Positions 30,184 through 32,000 of a stretch of 32,000 bases of DNA are shown here, one piece after another; the first letter of the stretch is position 1; every line of letters starts with the position of its first letter. Origin of the DNA: Amoeboradix gromovi X-113. Lineage: Eukaryota; Fungi; Sanchytriomycota. The DNA is taken from NCBI GenBank assembly GCA_018985225.1, contig JADGIF010000001.1:30001-62000 (forward strand). Reading direction: 5' to 3'. The position numbers were made by a program, and so were the translations under genes. The notes beneath the pieces are model-generated. The model ran no database searches. It was not told the DNA's origin and saw only the letters and a list, made by a program, of their open reading frames with translations.

Positions 30184-30828
30184 TTAAAGATATTTAATCA
30201 TCTCTGAATAAGAGCATCCAACATCTTCGTCTGTTTCTATACCAATACTTTCAACCAGCTCGCTAGGCTTCTTTTCCATTTTGTCAGAGAGTTCATAAAC
30301 TATTTCCATTGCTTTTGACTTGCGAGTCTTCCAAAGCTTTAGCATAGCTATGTAAGACTTATTTATGTGGTCTTTCTCTTCTAGATCCATGGGTTGCTCT
30401 TTCAACAGGTCCAAACTTGAACTCAGTTTATCTCGTTTAATTCCCAACTCTTCAAGCTCTTTCAACAGGTCCTCGTCGGATGGATCTTTAGCGATTTCAT
30501 TAATAAACTGAGTATTGCTTTGGACCGTTGCCTTCAACTCTGCTATTGATTCTTCTAATTCTTTTGTTTGCTGTAAAACGACTTCTTCCTCTTCCGGCGT
30601 TTGTCCATCTTCATCCTGGTGCACATAGTAAATAACCTGCTTTCCGTTCTCTTTAAAAGCAATGCTGTCGTTTGCTGCCATATCTGCTAACGCCTTGCTG
30701 GTTGCCGTTTTCTTCAATTGTAAATTTAGACTTATGTCTGTGGCAGAATATGGTCTATTTGTCTCTTTTAAATATTTTAATATTTGAGTTGCTATGTTTT
30801 CAATGTCCGCTGTCTTCGCTTTTGCCAT
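30184..30828 (-). CDS. HOP2: Homologous-pairing protein 2 (TBPIP)
   Basis: ILKYLKETNRPYSATDI, KENGKQVIY, WKTRK, GIETDE. Confidence 0.92.
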   Translation of the reverse strand: MAKAKTADIENIATQILKYLKETNRPYSATDISLNLQLKKTATSKALADMAANDSIAFKENGKQVIYYVHQDEDGQTPEEEEVVLQQTKELEESIAELKATVQSNTQFINEIAKDPSDEDLLKELEELGIKRDKLSSSLDLLKEQPMDLEEKDHINKSYIAMLKLWKTRKSKAMEIVYELSDKMEKKPSELVESIGIETDEDVGCSYSEMIKYL

Positions 30829-30868
30829 TTTACGGTATCAGGGAGTCTCTTCTTTTTTTTCAAACACA

Positions 30869-32000
30869 ATGAGCTTATCGGAATTGTTGCTGCAAACTCT
30901 CAACCCTTCAACTCAAAAGAACGCAACATCCTCTTTGTTTCTTCTGGTGGAATCACAGCCAGCTACACTGATGTCATTGTGCGATCTTGTGATATCAAAT
31001 GACAAGGTGGTTTCTCATACAAGTGCAGTTTTTCTAAAGAATTCGATTGCCAAGCATTATCATAAAAGTGAATACATGGATGTGAATAGCCGAAATGTTC
31101 TCAAACAAAGATTGCTTGATCTCTTGATACATCCGTTGTGTTCTAAAATAGTAAGACAGCAAATTAGTGTTTCCATCTCTAGCGTAGCTGATACAGATAG
31201 CTGGACTGATCTACCTAGTATTCTAGGCTCTACTCTAACAAGCTCCAGCTTGGAAACTCAGTTATTATGTTTAGAAACTATTTATTTGTATGTCACAGTT
31301 TGGAAGAAGTATGACTTGTCCGCTAATGTCGTACTGGATATTCAGCATTCATGCAACACTTTCTTTGTTCCCTTGTTTCTTCCATATATTGAGAATTGCT
31401 TTTCCAGTTTACCCAGCAATCGGGAAGTTGAACAGTATGATATACAATTTCAGTTATTTCTGATCATATCCAAGATATTCAAGTGCTTTATTATTCATGA
31501 TATTCCTCAGCAGTTAGAGCCCCATATTCCTCGACTAAGCAGTATTTTATGTTTTTTTATTAGGTTCAACAATCCCCAATACAAACAGCATGAACAGAAC
31601 CTACTGCATGAGTCCACGAAACTAACTAAATTAAGAGGTTCTATTCTAGATACTATCCATCTACTATTATCTAAATACCTCGATGATGTCGCTGATATCA
31701 AAAGCACTTTAATAACTGCAGTTTGGGATTTAGTTATTGAATATTCATTTACGGTCGAAGAATCCTTAAATTCTACCAACTTAACTACTTCTACTAGGGA
31801 TGTTATGATATCCAAAGCTTTGCAAGTGATTTGCGTCTGTATAATCCATAATATTAATAACGAGATATTTCTAGGCAACGGAAATGTAGAATCAGTTGAT
31901 TTTCTAGTAAACAAGGTTATAATTGGTAATATTTTAGTCCGGAGAGAGGATCTGGAGCTCTTCGAGGATGATCCACTCAGTTATGCATTTAGAGAGTTGC
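30869..32000 (+). CDS. CSE1: Exportin-2/Cse1-like importin-beta family protein (3' end beyond window)
   Basis: Open frame from ATG 30869 (not in the ORF track): AVFLKN, QISVSIS...D..W, HDIPQQLE, ELFEDDPLSY. Confidence 0.8.
   Translation, partial: MSLSELLLQTLNPSTQKNATSSLFLLVESQPATLMSLCDLVISNDKVVSHTSAVFLKNSIAKHYHKSEYMDVNSRNVLKQRLLDLLIHPLCSKIVRQQISVSISSVADTDSWTDLPSILGSTLTSSSLETQLLCLETIYLYVTVWKKYDLSANVVLDIQHSCNTFFVPLFLPYIENCFSSLPSNREVEQYDIQFQLFLIISKIFKCFIIHDIPQQLEPHIPRLSSILCFFIRFNNPQYKQHEQNLLHESTKLTKLRGSILDTIHLLLSKYLDDVADIKSTLITAVWDLVIEYSFTVEESLNSTNLTTSTRDVMISKALQVICVCIIHNINNEIFLGNGNVESVDFLVNKVIIGNILVRREDLELFEDDPLSYAFREL

Noticed and set aside
2791-31914. Short ORFs nested in or antisense to real genes (e.g. 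2791-3048, 5910-6128, 14308-14595, 24271-24588, 31507-31914)
   Set aside because: Shadow frames of longer conserved CDSs, with no motifs.
1-32000. Stop-codon reassignment (TAA/TAG = Gln) as cause of split ORFs
   Set aside because: The splits are frame changes fixed by GT-AG introns, and TAA/TAG terminate conserved proteins at their expected ends.
1-32000. CRISPR array, rRNA, prokaryotic operons
   Set aside because: No regularly spaced direct repeats or rRNA motifs; genes are eukaryotic with spliceosomal introns.

Overview
AT-rich, extremely gene-dense eukaryotic nuclear DNA using the standard genetic code. Fungal-type genes (Kch1, Stb6, Spa2, Msy-type MscS, Met2) occur with centriole/flagellar genes (CFAP20, CEP95-like), TBCK and a cyclin E-like gene. 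This suggests a genome-reduced, early-diverging zoosporic fungus or relative (inference). About 30 housekeeping CDSs are separated mostly by 0-100 bp. Two systems stand out. (1) Four short elements with terminal inverted repeats (128-727, 13899-14348, 17590-17976, 19158-19456) all keep the 3' end of a Fanzor/TnpB-like RNA-guided nuclease gene (Zn-ribbon CxxC plus RuvC-III RD; one also keeps the RuvC-II DExxTSxCCxxC motif). The coding frame runs into the right TIR, so these are candidate omegaRNA 'ghost' loci from two divergent families. (2) Seven 19-22 nt spliceosomal introns have a fixed GTA...YTWATDYAG architecture with the putative branch A always at -6. Family assignments come from motif recognition by eye; no searches were run.
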